Origin: Vicugna vicugna
Taxonomy: Eukaryota
DNA length: 64,000 nt
Direction: 5' to 3'
Assembly (NCBI GenBank): GCA_013265495.1
Contig: MU057801.1
Span: 2,882,765-2,946,764, forward strand
The notes under the pieces are model-generated. The model did not search any database. It was not told where the DNA came from and saw only the letters and a list, made by a program, of their open reading frames with translations. Positions 51,221 to 64,000 of the stretch are shown here, one piece after another (positions within the stretch are counted from its first letter, which is position 1; each line of letters starts with the position of its first letter). Both the position numbers and the translations under genes were made by a program.

Positions 51221-51913
51221 ACAAATACAGTGACTTCATATTACAGTAGCTTCTTATGATAAACCAAATGACCATAATTTATGTATATTTTTGCATATAA
51301 AACTATACCTTTTTTTTAAGCATATAATACACTTTCCAGTGTGACGACCTGTCACTGAGGATAAGATTGCATCCACAACAGACACCACCCTCCCTGAGTC
51401 CTCAGCCCTAAACTCCGCACTGTCCGCACCTCCCCCGGGGAGCAGGCCCTGAGGAAAGGCCTTCCCCTCCTCCACCCCCACTGCCCTTCTGGAGCCTCCA
51501 TGGAGCCGCCCTCAAGGATGCTGATGGCTGAAGCTGAGCAGTGACGCTCAGACTGCACAGGGCGCTGCCGCTGCCCTCAGTCTCTTTAGCCGGGGTCAGC
51601 AGTGTAGCACTGACGTGGCTTCACTGCACCGTCCGCCTTGCTGGGAGCCCACAGTCGGCCTCACTGGGAACAGCAGCATCAGCACTTCTACCTGACGGAG
51701 CTGGAAATGGAAATTACCCGTGACCCCTAAAAGCACGTGGTCTCTTCCAGCGTGTTTTCCCCGCATCTGGCCCAGCAGACCTTCGTTGAATGTCTGTGGC
51801 AAACGAGGAACCACAGTCCTCACCCGTCCAGGGGTGCACGGCCAGCAAGCCATCAAGGGGCTTACTTTTAAAGGATGTTCCTCCGAAATGACTTCCAGGA
51901 GCAAAAGCCGTCC

Positions 51914-52141
<228 letters not shown>

Positions 52142-53905
52142 CTAGCGCAGAAATGCCATGCGACCAGCTGGCCCCTCCTCATCGTGCACGTTTGTTCAGA
52201 CCATGGTGTTGGGGTTTTACAGATTGGAAACAAACATGGGATGTAATGACAGTTTTTAGTTATCATAGCGTGAGAGGAAATTCAGAATCTGGTGAACTAG
52301 GCCAACTTTGTACGAATTGATTCTACCAAAAAATGAAGACAAAAAGCCCAAGATCCACTGGCCTCAAAAAGGACTGTTCTGGGCAACATAAAACAAGGAA
52401 ATCATCAGGAGTGCCCAGACATCTTGTCCACGTCTGTGTGCTCTGCAGGCCCATCGCGCCACCCGGATGCACTGAGGCGCGCGAGCCGGTCACCACGCAC
52501 TCAGCTGCCGTGGGGTGTTGGTGATGGGCGCGCAGGGCCACCGAGTCGGGGCGCAGAGGCACGGGCGTCTTGGGCTTTGTGAGTCAGCGCTGAGTCCACC
52601 CACCCAACAGGCAGTACTGAGCAGCCCCCTGGCTCGGCACTGCCCTAGCAACCGCCCGGCTCACGGAGACAGACCAGAAACAAGCCCGCATGCAGCACGT
52701 GCTGAGAGAATGCCCAGGAGGGGACATGGCGGAGACCGGGTGACAGGTCTGAGGAGGTTGCAGGGGGAGCTGCTGAGGCTGTCCGGTGGAAACAGTCCAG
52801 GCAGAGGCTGGCACACGTGCGGTGACAGGAAGGACCAGGCGGCCTGTGGCCGGGCAGGGTGCCAGCGGAGGGGACTAGATCCTACAGAACCTTGAAGGCC
52901 ACTGTAAAAACTGCCTTTTACTCTGAGCAAGACTGGATGGTTCTGAGCAGAGGATGGCCAGCACCTCCGTCACATTTGAAAAGGACTGCTGCTCCTGAGA
53001 GCAGACCAAAGGGGCAAAGGAGGACTAAGTTTAGGACCCAGAAGATGGGGGGTAGGGGTGGTGGGAACGGGCGGGAGGTGGAGGGCTCTGTATGTGTGCT
53101 GCAGGCGAAGATGGTCACCCTGTGGGAAGGGGTCACCCTGGGAGGGGGTCCACCATGACGCCAAGGCTTTGCACCTGGGCGGGCAGGCAGGTGAGCACAG
53201 ACAGCTCTGAAGGTCCCTCTGTGAAGAGGAGCAGAGACCTAGCAGGACCCGGGCTCCAGAGGGAGCGCCAAGGAGGCACTGGGGCCCCGGGGAGGGAGGT
53301 GGCACCAGCACGCACTCTTTGCACAAGTCTGGTCCTCCACTGACACAAGCAGGAGCCTCAGCTGAGAGGCGAGGGGAGAGGTGCTGGAGGTCAGAGACAG
53401 GAGGAGGGCCCTGCTGAGGGGGACGGCTGGGCTGTGGGTGGCACCTGACGCCCTCCGTGTGCAGCCGTCCATGGGATGTACGCCGGGCTGGGGTTTTGCC
53501 AGGTGAGAGGAGGCAGGTGAGGCTGTGCCAAGAGTGGTGGCCGGGGGGTCACTGACAGCCTGGCAGCTGGGAGGGGAGGTGCGGACCCGGAGACAGACAG
53601 GGGGCGCCAGTGCCAGCTGGAGAGGGGCCGCACAGGTGGGGGCAGCCCGCAGAGTGGCCTGACTGGGGGCCTGCAGCTCCAGGCGCCTCAGATGGCCACA
53701 CGTGATGGCTCTGTGACGGGGGGTTTCTGCAGACCCCTGTTTCTCACTCCTGTGGCACCAGAGCTCTTGTTGGATGGTTGTGGCCTCCCCTCCCTCTGGC
53801 TCCAGGGGAACGAGAGGTTCTCAAGGGGTCTGTGAGTGGAGGCTCTGCCTGGATCGGCCGGGAGACACCCGGGAGCAGGGACGCTTCGGGCTGTGTCGCA
53901 CTCAC

Positions 53906-54019
53906 CTGCACCTTCAGCTCACTCACTTTCTCCTGCAGGAGCAGCTCCACGTTCCTCAGAATCACCTCCACCTGGGCCCCCCGCTCTTCTGTGGCTCTCA
54001 GCTGGTTCTCGTGAGCTTC
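53906..54019 (-). CDS. NINL: NINL penultimate exon
   Basis: catgcag|GAAGCT...GTGCAG|gtgagt; EAHENQLRATEERGAQVEVILRNVELLLQEKVSELKVQ; 114 nt, phase 0. Confidence 0.93.
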
Positions 54020-55031
54020 CTGCATGAGGGGAGGTTTGAGACCAACACTGACATCTGAGGAAGAATCACCTCTGGCTTGCGTACTTTAGAGCGGAAGCTA
54101 GCCGGGTGGGCGGGTAAACCCGTCCGGAGCAGAACCGTCAGCAGTGTCTCCCGAGCCCAGAACCGCACTCCTCTGTGGTTCGAGGCGCCAGCAGACTGCT
54201 TTGTCCTAGGATTTTCAACCTGTGTGACTCCAGACTGAGCTTCCCCAAACAAGTCAGTCTTCCCAAAGGATTTCTGACTCAGTGTCTTTGTTCCGTCAGT
54301 ACCTCTCTGTTTAACTGTCTCTGCAGCTTAATGTTTTCACATAGTGAGAAAGGTTCTCAGAACCTGAGCTTACAAACGTCGGATTTCACCCACCTTTCCA
54401 GTCTCCTCTACTCTAGTCCCTTCCTGAGGAAGGGCCCCCCAACCCTCCAGGAACTTCTAGGACTGCCAGTGTCCCCAGCCCTTCACTCGGCTTCCCCAGG
54501 CCCCAGCTCACTGATGCCTCTGGGGAGTGCTCTGAGGTGGGCTCCTCCGCCCTCAGAATTTTACAGAACCTAGAGCACAGAGGTGAGGTAACTGTGGTGG
54601 CAGAGCCAGGACCCCACCCTGCCGTGTGCACTCCGAGCCCCTGTCCGGCTGCATCTAAAGGCATCTAGCGCAGCGCCTGGCACAGTGCTGTCACTTCGCT
54701 TGATCTCGGGTCTCCCCCGCCCCCCACCCTTGCTACCTTAAACCCGCTGCAGGGTCCTTGGACTTGTCTGCACTCTCGGGCCACCCAGGCCTGGCCTGGA
54801 AGCAGGTTGTGGCCCTAACGTTAACATTCAGCCAGGTGGCCGACTGCAGACATGGCGAGGCCAGAGACGGCGCCTCAACCCCCGCCCACCCCCAGTTCAC
54901 AGTGAAAACTGGGTCCTCAGGGAGCAGGGGCGCTGTTGGGCACCTTCCCCTTGGCTCCTGGGCAGCTTCTGGCTGAGACCAGAGCTCCAGCCTCACCCTC
55001 CCCACCGCTCTCAGGCCCACATCCCACTCAC

Positions 55032-55187
55032 CTGCTGCGTCTCCAGTCGCCTCCCCTCGGCGCGGGGCCGCAGAGCTGCCTGCTGCTCCCTGTCCAGCAG
55101 CTGCTGCAGCTCCACCACGTGGCCCCGAGGCACCAGCTGCTGTGAGTGCTCCCGGGCCCGGCGCAGCCTCAGCATGGCTCCGTGCAG
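55032..55187 (-). CDS. NINL: NINL exon (third from last)
   Basis: gggcag|CTGCAC...CAGCAG|gtgagt; LHGAMLRLRRAREHSQQLVPRGHVVELQQLLDREQQAALRPRAEGRRLETQQ; 156 nt, phase 0; acceptor less certain than donor. Confidence 0.82.
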
Positions 55188-57389
55188 CTGCCCGGGGAGA
55201 AGGCGCAGCGGTTCGGGGTGGCCACTGAGCGCTCCCCCTACAGCTCCCCAAGACGGGACGGCAAGGAAGGCCCCCTCACTCCTGCGTCCCTGCATCTCCC
55301 GCAGAGCCCCTTTGTCTGAACTCTCACAGGCAAACTGCTCAGCTGGCACATCTGGAGCCAGGAAAACACGCCGGACCCTGCCCTTCTCCCTGTTGGGTAC
55401 TTCACTGGGGTCTAACTCCTTTCACACTGGGACCTACACCAGCCACAGGTGCAGCCTTCCTCTTGGGAGTTTGTGCTCCTGAGACTTCGCTGCAGCTGGG
55501 GTCCTGGAGGCAGTGACACAGAGTGGCAGGAGCTTGGGAGCAGGCACCAGCTCCCTGTGGCCAGAAGCTGTAACCAGCCGCACAGAGCCTGGTCACTTCC
55601 ACTTACTGAGCACCTGGGGGGCCAGGTCTAAACACCACGTGCAGCACATGGACTCCGGAGGCTCCACCCAGAACACACAGAACTGCCCTCAATGTTCTGC
55701 CACTGCGTGTCTCTGAGGGGCCGCCCCAGGCCAGGGGTCCTCCAGGACGGGCCCCCAGAGATGCACCTGCACATGCCGTGTCCAGCAGGGCAGCTACCCT
55801 CCTCTCTGGGATGAGAAAACTGGGGAGGGCAGTTCTAAAACACACCTCCACCAAACGTGGCTTCCTCCTATCGCACTTCGGATGGTCACTTGATAGTCAC
55901 TCTGGCCGGAGCCCAGCCCAGCCCAGGTGCTCATGGCACTGAGTGCTGTGTCAGCCCCGACCCGTCCCAGAAGTGCTCCTTTCTTTGCACGTGCTGCCCA
56001 GGCCCCACCACCTTCTACAGCCACCTCTGCTCTGAGGCCGGCCCCCAACCACACACTCCTCCGGGGGAGGCCGCTGTCTGCCCGGCGTGAGGCCTGAACC
56101 CACCCAACTCGGTGCCACTCAAGCCCCCTCTTTGTGGACGGAGATGTGCAGGGAGGCTGGGCTCGCACTGGGGAGCCTGCTCCACTGTCACATTAGAGGG
56201 CAGAACATCCCGAAAGGGCAGTGGGGCCACCACCACCAGGAAGCCAGGGCCTCCTGTTTCGGTGCTGGGCGTGGCAGCTGGTCTCAGACGGCAGCTCCTC
56301 CCGTCCCTTGGGAGGTAGGCCTGGGCCCGCCCTGACTCCAGGGGCCCCTCGCTGCCCTGGAAGCTCCTTACTTCCCTTCTCCATATTTTCCTCCATGTGT
56401 GTTTTGGGGGATCCTCTTCCAGATCACCCAGAGAGGAGGAAGCTGACGGCACAGTGGACTGACCGTCCGCATCCAGCACTGCCCGCCTGTGACGGGCCGT
56501 GCGTCAAGCACGGACACCTCTGGCAGCAGGGGGATCTCGCTCCTCAGCCCCAAAGGGCTCAAACTACTCAAGCAATTTCTCAAGGTCCCTTTCACACTCG
56601 AAGTAGAGAAGGGAGCCCCCAGACGCAGAGGCACCCGGGGAAAGGCCTGCTCGCCCTAGCAGGAGGGCGGAGCCCACAGAGCCCAGCCCCGGGGTCCACG
56701 CCCACGCTGACCCCTCCATAGCCTGGGCCATCTGGGAAGTGACCTCTCTTGCCAGGCGACCACGACCAAGTCCAGCGGTTGGACCAGGGGCCAGTTGGGG
56801 AGCCACGCAGGTTCGAGACCCTCTCCCTGGGCCCTTTCGCTGGGGCAGCACCCTGGCCCTCCCAGCCCAGCCCACGTCTGAGTCTGCACTGTCACTTCCT
56901 TCTCCCCTCCTGCTCAAGCACCCCACTCCCCACCCTCTTCTGTCCCTGCACCTCACGCCGTCAGCACCCGCTGTCCCTCCTCGGCCTGCGTCTGTCCCAG
57001 ACTGCAAGCTCCCAGCCTCCCTGTCTCTGCACCTGCTGAACCTGGTGAGCGCTGCACAAATGGGGCAGGAGACAGGGCGGGACACCAGCTGGGTGCGCTG
57101 CTCGGGGCCTGGGGGGGCCTGGACCTCAGAGGCAACTCGCCTTGTCCCCCAGCTCCTCCATCCGTACAGGGCACCCCCAGAGGCCAGCCATGACCGCCTT
57201 CCCTCAGGAGTAAACCAGGCACAGCTGTCCGCCTGGCTCAGCCGAGGTCAGCCTGACCCTGGGCTAGGCCTGACTCGGCCCTGGACTGCTGCCCAGCCAG
57301 CCCCACAAGGCCCCAGGCTCCCAAGTCTCGGCCAGGCCATGTCCAAGGCCAGCTGACCCTCGCGGGCCAGGACCCCCGCGCACACCCAC

Positions 57390-57503
57390 CTGATCCCGGC
57401 TTTCTTCAAGGGCCTCTCTCAGCTGTGACTGCACCTGTCTCAGGCGCTGGCATTCCCGAGTCACGTGTTCAAGTTGAAGACCAAGTTTTTGGATTTGGTC
57501 ACC
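57390..57503 (-). CDS. NINL: NINL exon
   Basis: aaacag|GGTGAC...GATCAG|gtgggt; GDQIQKLGLQLEHVTRECQRLRQVQSQLREALEESRDQ; 114 nt; coiled-coil heptads. Confidence 0.92.
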
Positions 57504-58592
57504 CTGTTTTTAAAAAATCAGTTTCACAAGTCTCAGAGTTACCTTAGCAATGTGATACAAAAGCAAAAATTACGAAATTTACGCCACCCATGATTGCAGC
57601 AGCCCAAGGACGCTGTGCTGTCTCGCGTGGCCCTTCCTCTGCGCACACACTTCTGCTGAGTCACGGTAAGCTGCGCTTGCCCTGTTATTTTATTTATCCA
57701 TTTTTAGTATTTAACAAGCACTTTACTGCGAAAGTAACTTCCTCGATCAAGGACCATGATGCAGATGCACTTTCACCATCCAGTGAACACCTCGGAAACG
57801 TCCACGGCCCAGAGGTAAACGTAAGCCTCCAATCTGAATGGAGTCTAAACTGTCCCGCACAGCAGGAGAACATTCAAAGGAAGCTCACAGTTGGTATCAT
57901 CCTGCTCTTTCTGTGGAAAACCCACAGCAATTTTTTTGGTCGCAATTGGATTTAACAGTATTCCAGTTCTAATGAACAAGGTAAATTGGAGATCTCTAAA
58001 TTTTACGATCCCAGAATTAATCGGCTCCAAGTAAGTATCAGCCACATCTGTCACCAGTGCCTCAAATGCTTCTTTCTAATGAACTGCCCATTAACATTTC
58101 CACAGTTCTGAAAAGGCCAACAGACCATGAAAAAGGCACTTCCTTAGGCTCCTGCTCGAAACCAACAGCTTCAGCAAACCGTTGGCCTTGATTCAGGGCC
58201 AGTTCCCTGTGACTCTCAAGCGTGAAACATTGTTCGAAAACATGGTTTTTAACGGCTGCACTGAAACTGGCTGCCTTGCTCAGTGCCACTGACAGCGAAG
58301 CTGCCTCCAACGGTCGTGCTGTTGTAAACCCCACAGCCACGAAGGTGCTCCTGCCAGGCCTTCCCACCAAGCTCGGCCAAGTCCCCGATGCTCTTTGTGT
58401 GCATTCTGCCAGACTGCCCCCCGGGGAGGTTGCACCAACTTACTCTCCCATCACCAGGATTTAATTCCTTTCTGCTCCTTTTTCTAGATGCCAGGCTTGC
58501 AAAAGCTGCTAAAGGCCTCGTATCTTCGGGGCTTGCTTGGTGGGTCCCTCGCTTTACCTCCAAGCACTCAGGTCTGTTTCCAAACTGCTTCA

Positions 58593-58790
<198 letters not shown>

Positions 58791-58877
58791 CTAGAGCAGA
58801 AAGGGTGAGAACACGGATGAAAAGTCGTTTTTCTTTCTGTCCAGCAGCTGACTTCAGATCATCCCAGGGCTTCTCAG

Positions 58878-59070
58878 CCAGTGGTTCTTGCTTCTGTGGG
58901 GACACCTGGCAACGTCTCCAGATATTTTTGGCTGTCACAGCTGGGTGGGCTCGGGGGCTGCTCCTGGCAACCAATGGGTGAGGCACTCAGGGTCCTCCGA
59001 GTGAGGGGCCCCGGACCGCCCCAGGAGAAGCAGACACCGTCAACACCCAGCCCCTGCTCTGGAGCACTGG
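58878..59070 (+). mobile_element. MER20 (hAT-Charlie) DNA transposon remnant
   Basis: cagtggttct...ggggacacctggcaacgtctccagatatttttggctgtcacagctggg...gctcctggca. Confidence 0.65.
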
Positions 59071-59882
59071 CGTGGTTCTTATTTCTCCCTTTTGTTTCTA
59101 ACGTTATTTTAAGCAATTTGAGGGAAAACCCCTAGTTAAACCTGAGGCATGTGAATTTCTTCAAATCTCCTGATCAGTGTCATGAAACACATGCTTCGCA
59201 CCCCGGCTCCAGGGGTCCCGGGGTGGGGGGCGCTGCGAAATCGCCTACTTTGCTGAAATGCTGGTGGTGACCGTGGGGTCACGGCCCTGCGGGCTGACGC
59301 CAGCGCCTGTCATTTCCAGCCGTGTGTCGTTCACACATCACAGAAACCACGCCGTCCCGCCTTGGCTTCCTCCCCAGGGAAGCACCCGCCTCCTTCCTTC
59401 TATTGACTGGCCCCCCCGTCCCCCCCCGCCCCAAGAACCCCAGGACCAGGTCGGGAGTGGGAGGTGCTCCCGCCACAGCGGAGCGCCTGGCGGTGTTACT
59501 GTCACGTCATCGTGAAGACCAGAGCTGGTTTCCAGTATCGACCCCAGCCCTCCGTCCTTGGAGTCTGATTTCCTTAACAGCAAGAAATGGGATCTTCCTT
59601 TCACTCCTGGGACGAACATGTAAGTTACTTTCTTCTAATCCCTCATATTCCAAGCCTCTGCTTGGAAACGTCAGGCCCGCAGGCCCAGGCGGCTGGCACA
59701 GAGGGTGCGTCACAGAGGGTGTCCGGCGAGCAGCCTGCCACCCGGGGCCCCCTCCCCCGGCTCCGGCCCACTCTGCTCTTTCAGAAGAAGGTTGTGTGTG
59801 TCCTTTTGGTGGTTGAAGATTATTGCAAAATAATGGAGAAGGGAGGGTGGCATCAGCCTCGTGCCAGGTGTCGGGGCTCGAC

Positions 59883-59952
59883 CTGTGTGCTGAGCTCCTC
59901 CGCCTCGGAGCAGGCCTTCTCCTTGTCTCTCCGTAAAACCTCGATTTCCTTC
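59883..59952 (-). CDS. NINL: NINL exon
   Basis: caacag|GAAGGAA...ACACAG|gtcgag; (R)KEIEVLRRDKEKACSEAEELSTQ; 70 nt, phase 2 to 0. Confidence 0.9.
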
Positions 59953-61011
59953 CTGTTGAAGAAGCAAAGTCAACAGTATCACTGAGCAGCCAGTTTTTTT
60001 TCCCCAGTCTTCACTCACTGTCACCGTGGTGGCTTGGATTTGTACCCTGCTCCTGGACCTGCAGCCACGGCTCTGTCACTGGCCTGGGCTACGGCTGTGT
60101 GCGGCTGGTCCAGTCGGGTCCCAGGCCTCAGACCCTGGGGAAGGCTTCCAGAGTGTGAGAACCGACACCCTCCCCGACACCCTCAGCCCCACACGGTACT
60201 GACGCCCAGCTGAGTAAGTGAAGAGCACCCCAGCCTTACAGCTGCCGCTGTCTGCTGTCAAAGGGGCCCCCGCAGCAAACTGAGGGGAAAACGGTTTCTG
60301 CAGGGAAGGAACCCTTCAGAACGACTGTGATGTGACAGCGACCACCCGTTACCCACCTGCTCCAGGGTCAGCCCGTTAACCACCACCCAGTTTTATCAAA
60401 TCAGCACTGCGTCCTCAGCATTTTAGAGCTGAGTTCACCTTGAAATTAAAAAAAAAAAAAAGACCAAACCAACCATCCTTGGCTGGGCTCTGAGAATGCA
60501 GGCAGAAATCCACCCACAGGCATTCCGCGCCTCCCCCACCACCCACACAAGCCTCTCCTGCCTCAGCGCTTGGGCCTGCACCCCCCCACCCCTGACTCTG
60601 ACTCACTGAAATCCACACCCCCGGAACGCACCCCAGAGAGAAGGTCAGCTGAAACCATTGTCAGGACAAGAACACACAGGGCCCCTTGCCGGGCAGGCTG
60701 CCCCACCCCGACCCCCACACAGGACGGGGCGGGGGGGCTTCCGCAGAGGAGAAGTGCCTGCACCTGGCGGGCTGGCCAGGCTGCAGCCCACACGCTCCCG
60801 AACTCCCGCTTCTGAGACCAGGGGCTCGGGCGGGAAGGTGGCTGCCAACACCTGCAAGGAGGTCCGAGCCCTTGCGCACCGGCCATGGCCGCTTGGAGGG
60901 CAGCATGCAGGACACCCGTGAACAAGTCCCCTCCCGACAAACAGGCCTTCGGAGCCTGCTTCACAATGAGCAGGCGCAGCCGGCCTGGGCGGGGCGCTGA
61001 GCCGGCCTCAC

Positions 61012-61116
61012 CTCTGTGCCCCTTCTGCCCTTTCTGCGGCTTCCAGCTCTTGCTGGACCCTTCCCCGCTCCTCCTTCAAAAGCGCGTTTTCTTCAGAAAG
61101 CTTATTCAACTCGATT
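61012..61116 (-). CDS. NINL: NINL exon (most 5' one found in the window)
   Basis: ctgcag|AATCGAG...CAGAG|gtgagg; IELNKLSEENALLKEERGRVQQELEAAERAEGAQ(R); 105 nt, phase 2 to 2. Confidence 0.92.
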
Positions 61117-62499
61117 CTGCAGGAGAAACGTAAACAAGACAGGAGAGTGGGCACTCCACCCAGGGCTGGTCCCCAGGCAGTCGCAGCCCCTCCCGACGAG
61201 GGCCCAGGGCACCCTTTCCTTTCCTTTCCTGTATCCTGGGCCAACCTGTGACGGTTTGCACCTCCCAACAACAAGACCTTCCTAGCTTCTACGGTGGTCA
61301 CACAGTCAACAGCTCGCTGAAGCATTTGGCACTTGGCTCTGTGTCACAGCTGGCCTGCTCCTGCATCTTATACCCTCAGCTGGGATGTGAGTGCACCCAC
61401 AGCAGGCCCAACACGAGACACTGGGCAGAGTCCTCAGGTCGCTGCGAGGCGGGTTGCCCCCCAGGGACCCTAGCACAGAGCTAAGGTGCCAAGAGTCGGA
61501 GTGCCAGCTCCCGGGGTAGAGCGCCCCCACCCTGCACCCAGGGGTCAGCGCAGGAGGAGCCTGGGAAGATGCCCAGGTCAGGTGACAAGGGAGACCTGAG
61601 GCCTCGTGGAATCTTCAGCTGGAGAAGCAATTCGGCAGCAGCCGTGGGACTAGGTCTGCCTGGAGCCCTCGATCCTGTGGGTGCTGAGTCTCCAGCACGG
61701 TAACCCCACCACCGTGGGACAGACGAAGTCTCGGGGCAGCTCAGAACCCACGCCTGCCGCCCAGGGAACCCACCCCGTCTTGCAGACATCTCTGCCCCTA
61801 CGAGGTCTCTACTTGGCATTAGCTTATTTAATGTTTTCAATTTAAAAGGAGTCAGAGCCACATGATCTCGTGTTCAGTTTCTGTATTATTCTTACAATAC
61901 CAAGCATAAGTATCTCCTTCGTAAGCATATGTGCAACTTCGGTTTTTTTTCTCATGAGGGACTAAAGAGAAAAACGAAGACACAGAAGTCCATGGCATTT
62001 TAAAAGCAGCAAAGGGCTTCAAACTGGGGAGTGACACAAATGAGGTCTGTGTTTTGAGCTGTTATTCCGGCTCCAGGATGGAAAACAAACTGTCTCAAGG
62101 CAGGTCTGTGTGGGTGTGGGTGGCAGAGGTTCTGCCTCCAGTTTCCTGGACCTCAGGTAAGCTGGCAGAACCCCACCCCGTCTCCCCACACTTACCAAAC
62201 CACCAGAGCCTGTGTGAAGCTGATCATACAGTGTGTGTCCTCACAGAAGGCAGTGGAGACCTCCCGGGGCCCCCAAACAGAACAAAATCTGGAAGCTGAA
62301 ACCAAAGCCAGGAGCATTAAGCAACACAGAGATGGGGTCACCCTGAGGCCAGCACCTGCGTCAACACTGCCACCAACAGTGTGGAGAAACCACACTGTGG
62401 CCACCTGTGTGGGGCCAGTTCCCTGGGAGAGGTTAATGTGGTCCCAGATTAATAGGCTCCCAACTCTTGGTAAAAGCAAAACACATCCTTTCTGCGGGG

Positions 62500-63400
62500 A
62501 GCAAACTCCTACAGCTCCCAGGATTCCCAGAGACCAACATCATGCAAACGTGAGCTCACAAGCAAAGATCACCACAACATACGTGGAAAAGGACCACCTA
62601 TGGGAATCAGAAGAAGCCAGAACAATAGGATTAGACCCCACAGGAACCTCAGATATTGGAATTCAGACACAAACTAAAGGTAAATGTTATGAAATGTCTA
62701 CTTGAATAAAAGATGGAAATAAAAGATGAACAAGCAACAAGAAGCAATCAAAAATGATCAGAAAGAACCAAAAAGGATTTCTGGGGGGCGGGGGGAATGT
62801 CTACGTAAATATAAAAAACACTGGCAGAGTAGACACCGCTGAAGAAACAATTACTGAGCTGGAACACAGAGATGTGCAAAAGCACCTAGAATGTGATGCA
62901 GACAGGAAAGAGGGGTTAAGAAGCGGAGGAGAAGTGAAAAGCCCCGAGGTCACCATCTAACTGGAGAGGACAGTGAGGGCAGAGGCAGTGTGTCCTGAAT
63001 AGTGGCCGAGAGGTCTTCCCAGGACACAGACCTACACACGCAGAAGGCACAGCGTCTTCTACGCAGGGTAAGAAAAAAGGAAACCGCCCCGGGCCCTGAG
63101 ACCCAACGGTTCGTCTTCGGTACAGCAGCACCCAGAATGAGACGGGGGCTCCCCAAAGCCCCCCGGGGTTGCTGCTGTCCTGACTGGTGTCAGTGACCTC
63201 TGGGGACTGGTTCTGGGTGCTGGGGACACAGATGTGTCCCACCTGTCCACAGTTCTTCCAACTGCACATGTGTGCATTTTCTTGTGTCCGCAACACTTTA
63301 ATAGAAGGTTCAAAAAGAAAGAAATACACACTTAAACTCCCCAAAGACAAGCCACAGAAGAATGAGAACTTAAAAGCAGCAGAGGACAGGACGCAGGTCT
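62500..63400 (+). mobile_element. Ancient L1 ORF1-region fragment
   Basis: acctcagatattggaatt...gcagagtagacaccgctgaagaaacaattactgagctggaa; A-rich; degenerate. Confidence 0.55.
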
Positions 63401-64000
63401 CCTACTGCAGGTGCAGAATCACGGTGCCCCAGCCCAGGACCCACGAACGCGCTGTGACGCTGCAGAGCAGGTGGAGCTAAGGCCGCGGCTTACTGGACCT
63501 CAGGCAGGGAGAGCACCCTGCACGGCCCGGTGGCCACGGTGGATGTGAGAGGATGAGGCAGGAGAGTCAGGGTCAGTGATGGGGACTGAGGAGGACCGAC
63601 CAGTCCCTGCTGGCTTTAAAGGAGGCAGGGCCAGACTGGGCTGTCGGCACCTGCAGACCAGACCCTCCTCCAGAAGCTCCGGCAGGCAGGCTCTGCGATA
63701 GCGAGCCTGAGCTCCAGGCCCCACGCGGCAAAATCATCAACGGTGAGGTTTCAAGCCGCTGACTTGGTGGCAATTCATTCCAGCAGTGCTGGGAAACTGG
63801 TGTGCGCTCACGGAGCAGACGGCCCCGGTCAAAGGGCAGAGGGCAGCCCTTCAACTGCTAATCTAGCCCTGCGCTCCTCGGGAGACCGTCCTTCGGAAAC
63901 AGGGGAGAACCTGAGACAGTTTCACGTCAGCAAAACCTGAGGGCATTTGCTCCAAGAGCGTTTCACTGAAGGACCTTGAAAGGCGACCACCACAGGAAAG

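Overview
Mammalian (not prokaryotic) genomic DNA, most likely from a camelid, judged from the tRNA-derived Vic-1-like SINEs and the L1 3' tails; the species call is inferred from recalled consensus sequences. The window covers the conserved ABHD12-GINS1-NINL locus. (i) ABHD12 is on the minus strand: coding exon 1 is at 31041-31231, and everything from 1 to 31040 appears to be intron 1. (ii) GINS1/PSF1 is complete on the plus strand: 7 exons, 34132-46064, 591 nt = 196 aa + stop, all GT-AG introns. (iii) The last seven coding exons and 3' UTR of NINL are on the minus strand (61116 down to 51914, poly(A) signal at 51215-51220), converging on GINS1. The rest is largely interspersed repeats (L1, L2, MIR, ERV1/MaLR LTRs, Tigger/MER20 DNA elements, SINEs). 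I found no evidence of a new biological system. The best observations are retrotransposition footprints in ABHD12 intron 1: a degraded TMEM258 processed pseudogene with poly(A) and TSDs, a candidate L1 3' transduction, a 55-bp L1 insertion with a perfect TSD, and an ERV1-type provirus remnant. GINS1 intron 6 also holds a Tigger2 MITE that seems to carry captured MIR-like filler. Repeat family names are from recalled consensus similarity, not from a search.
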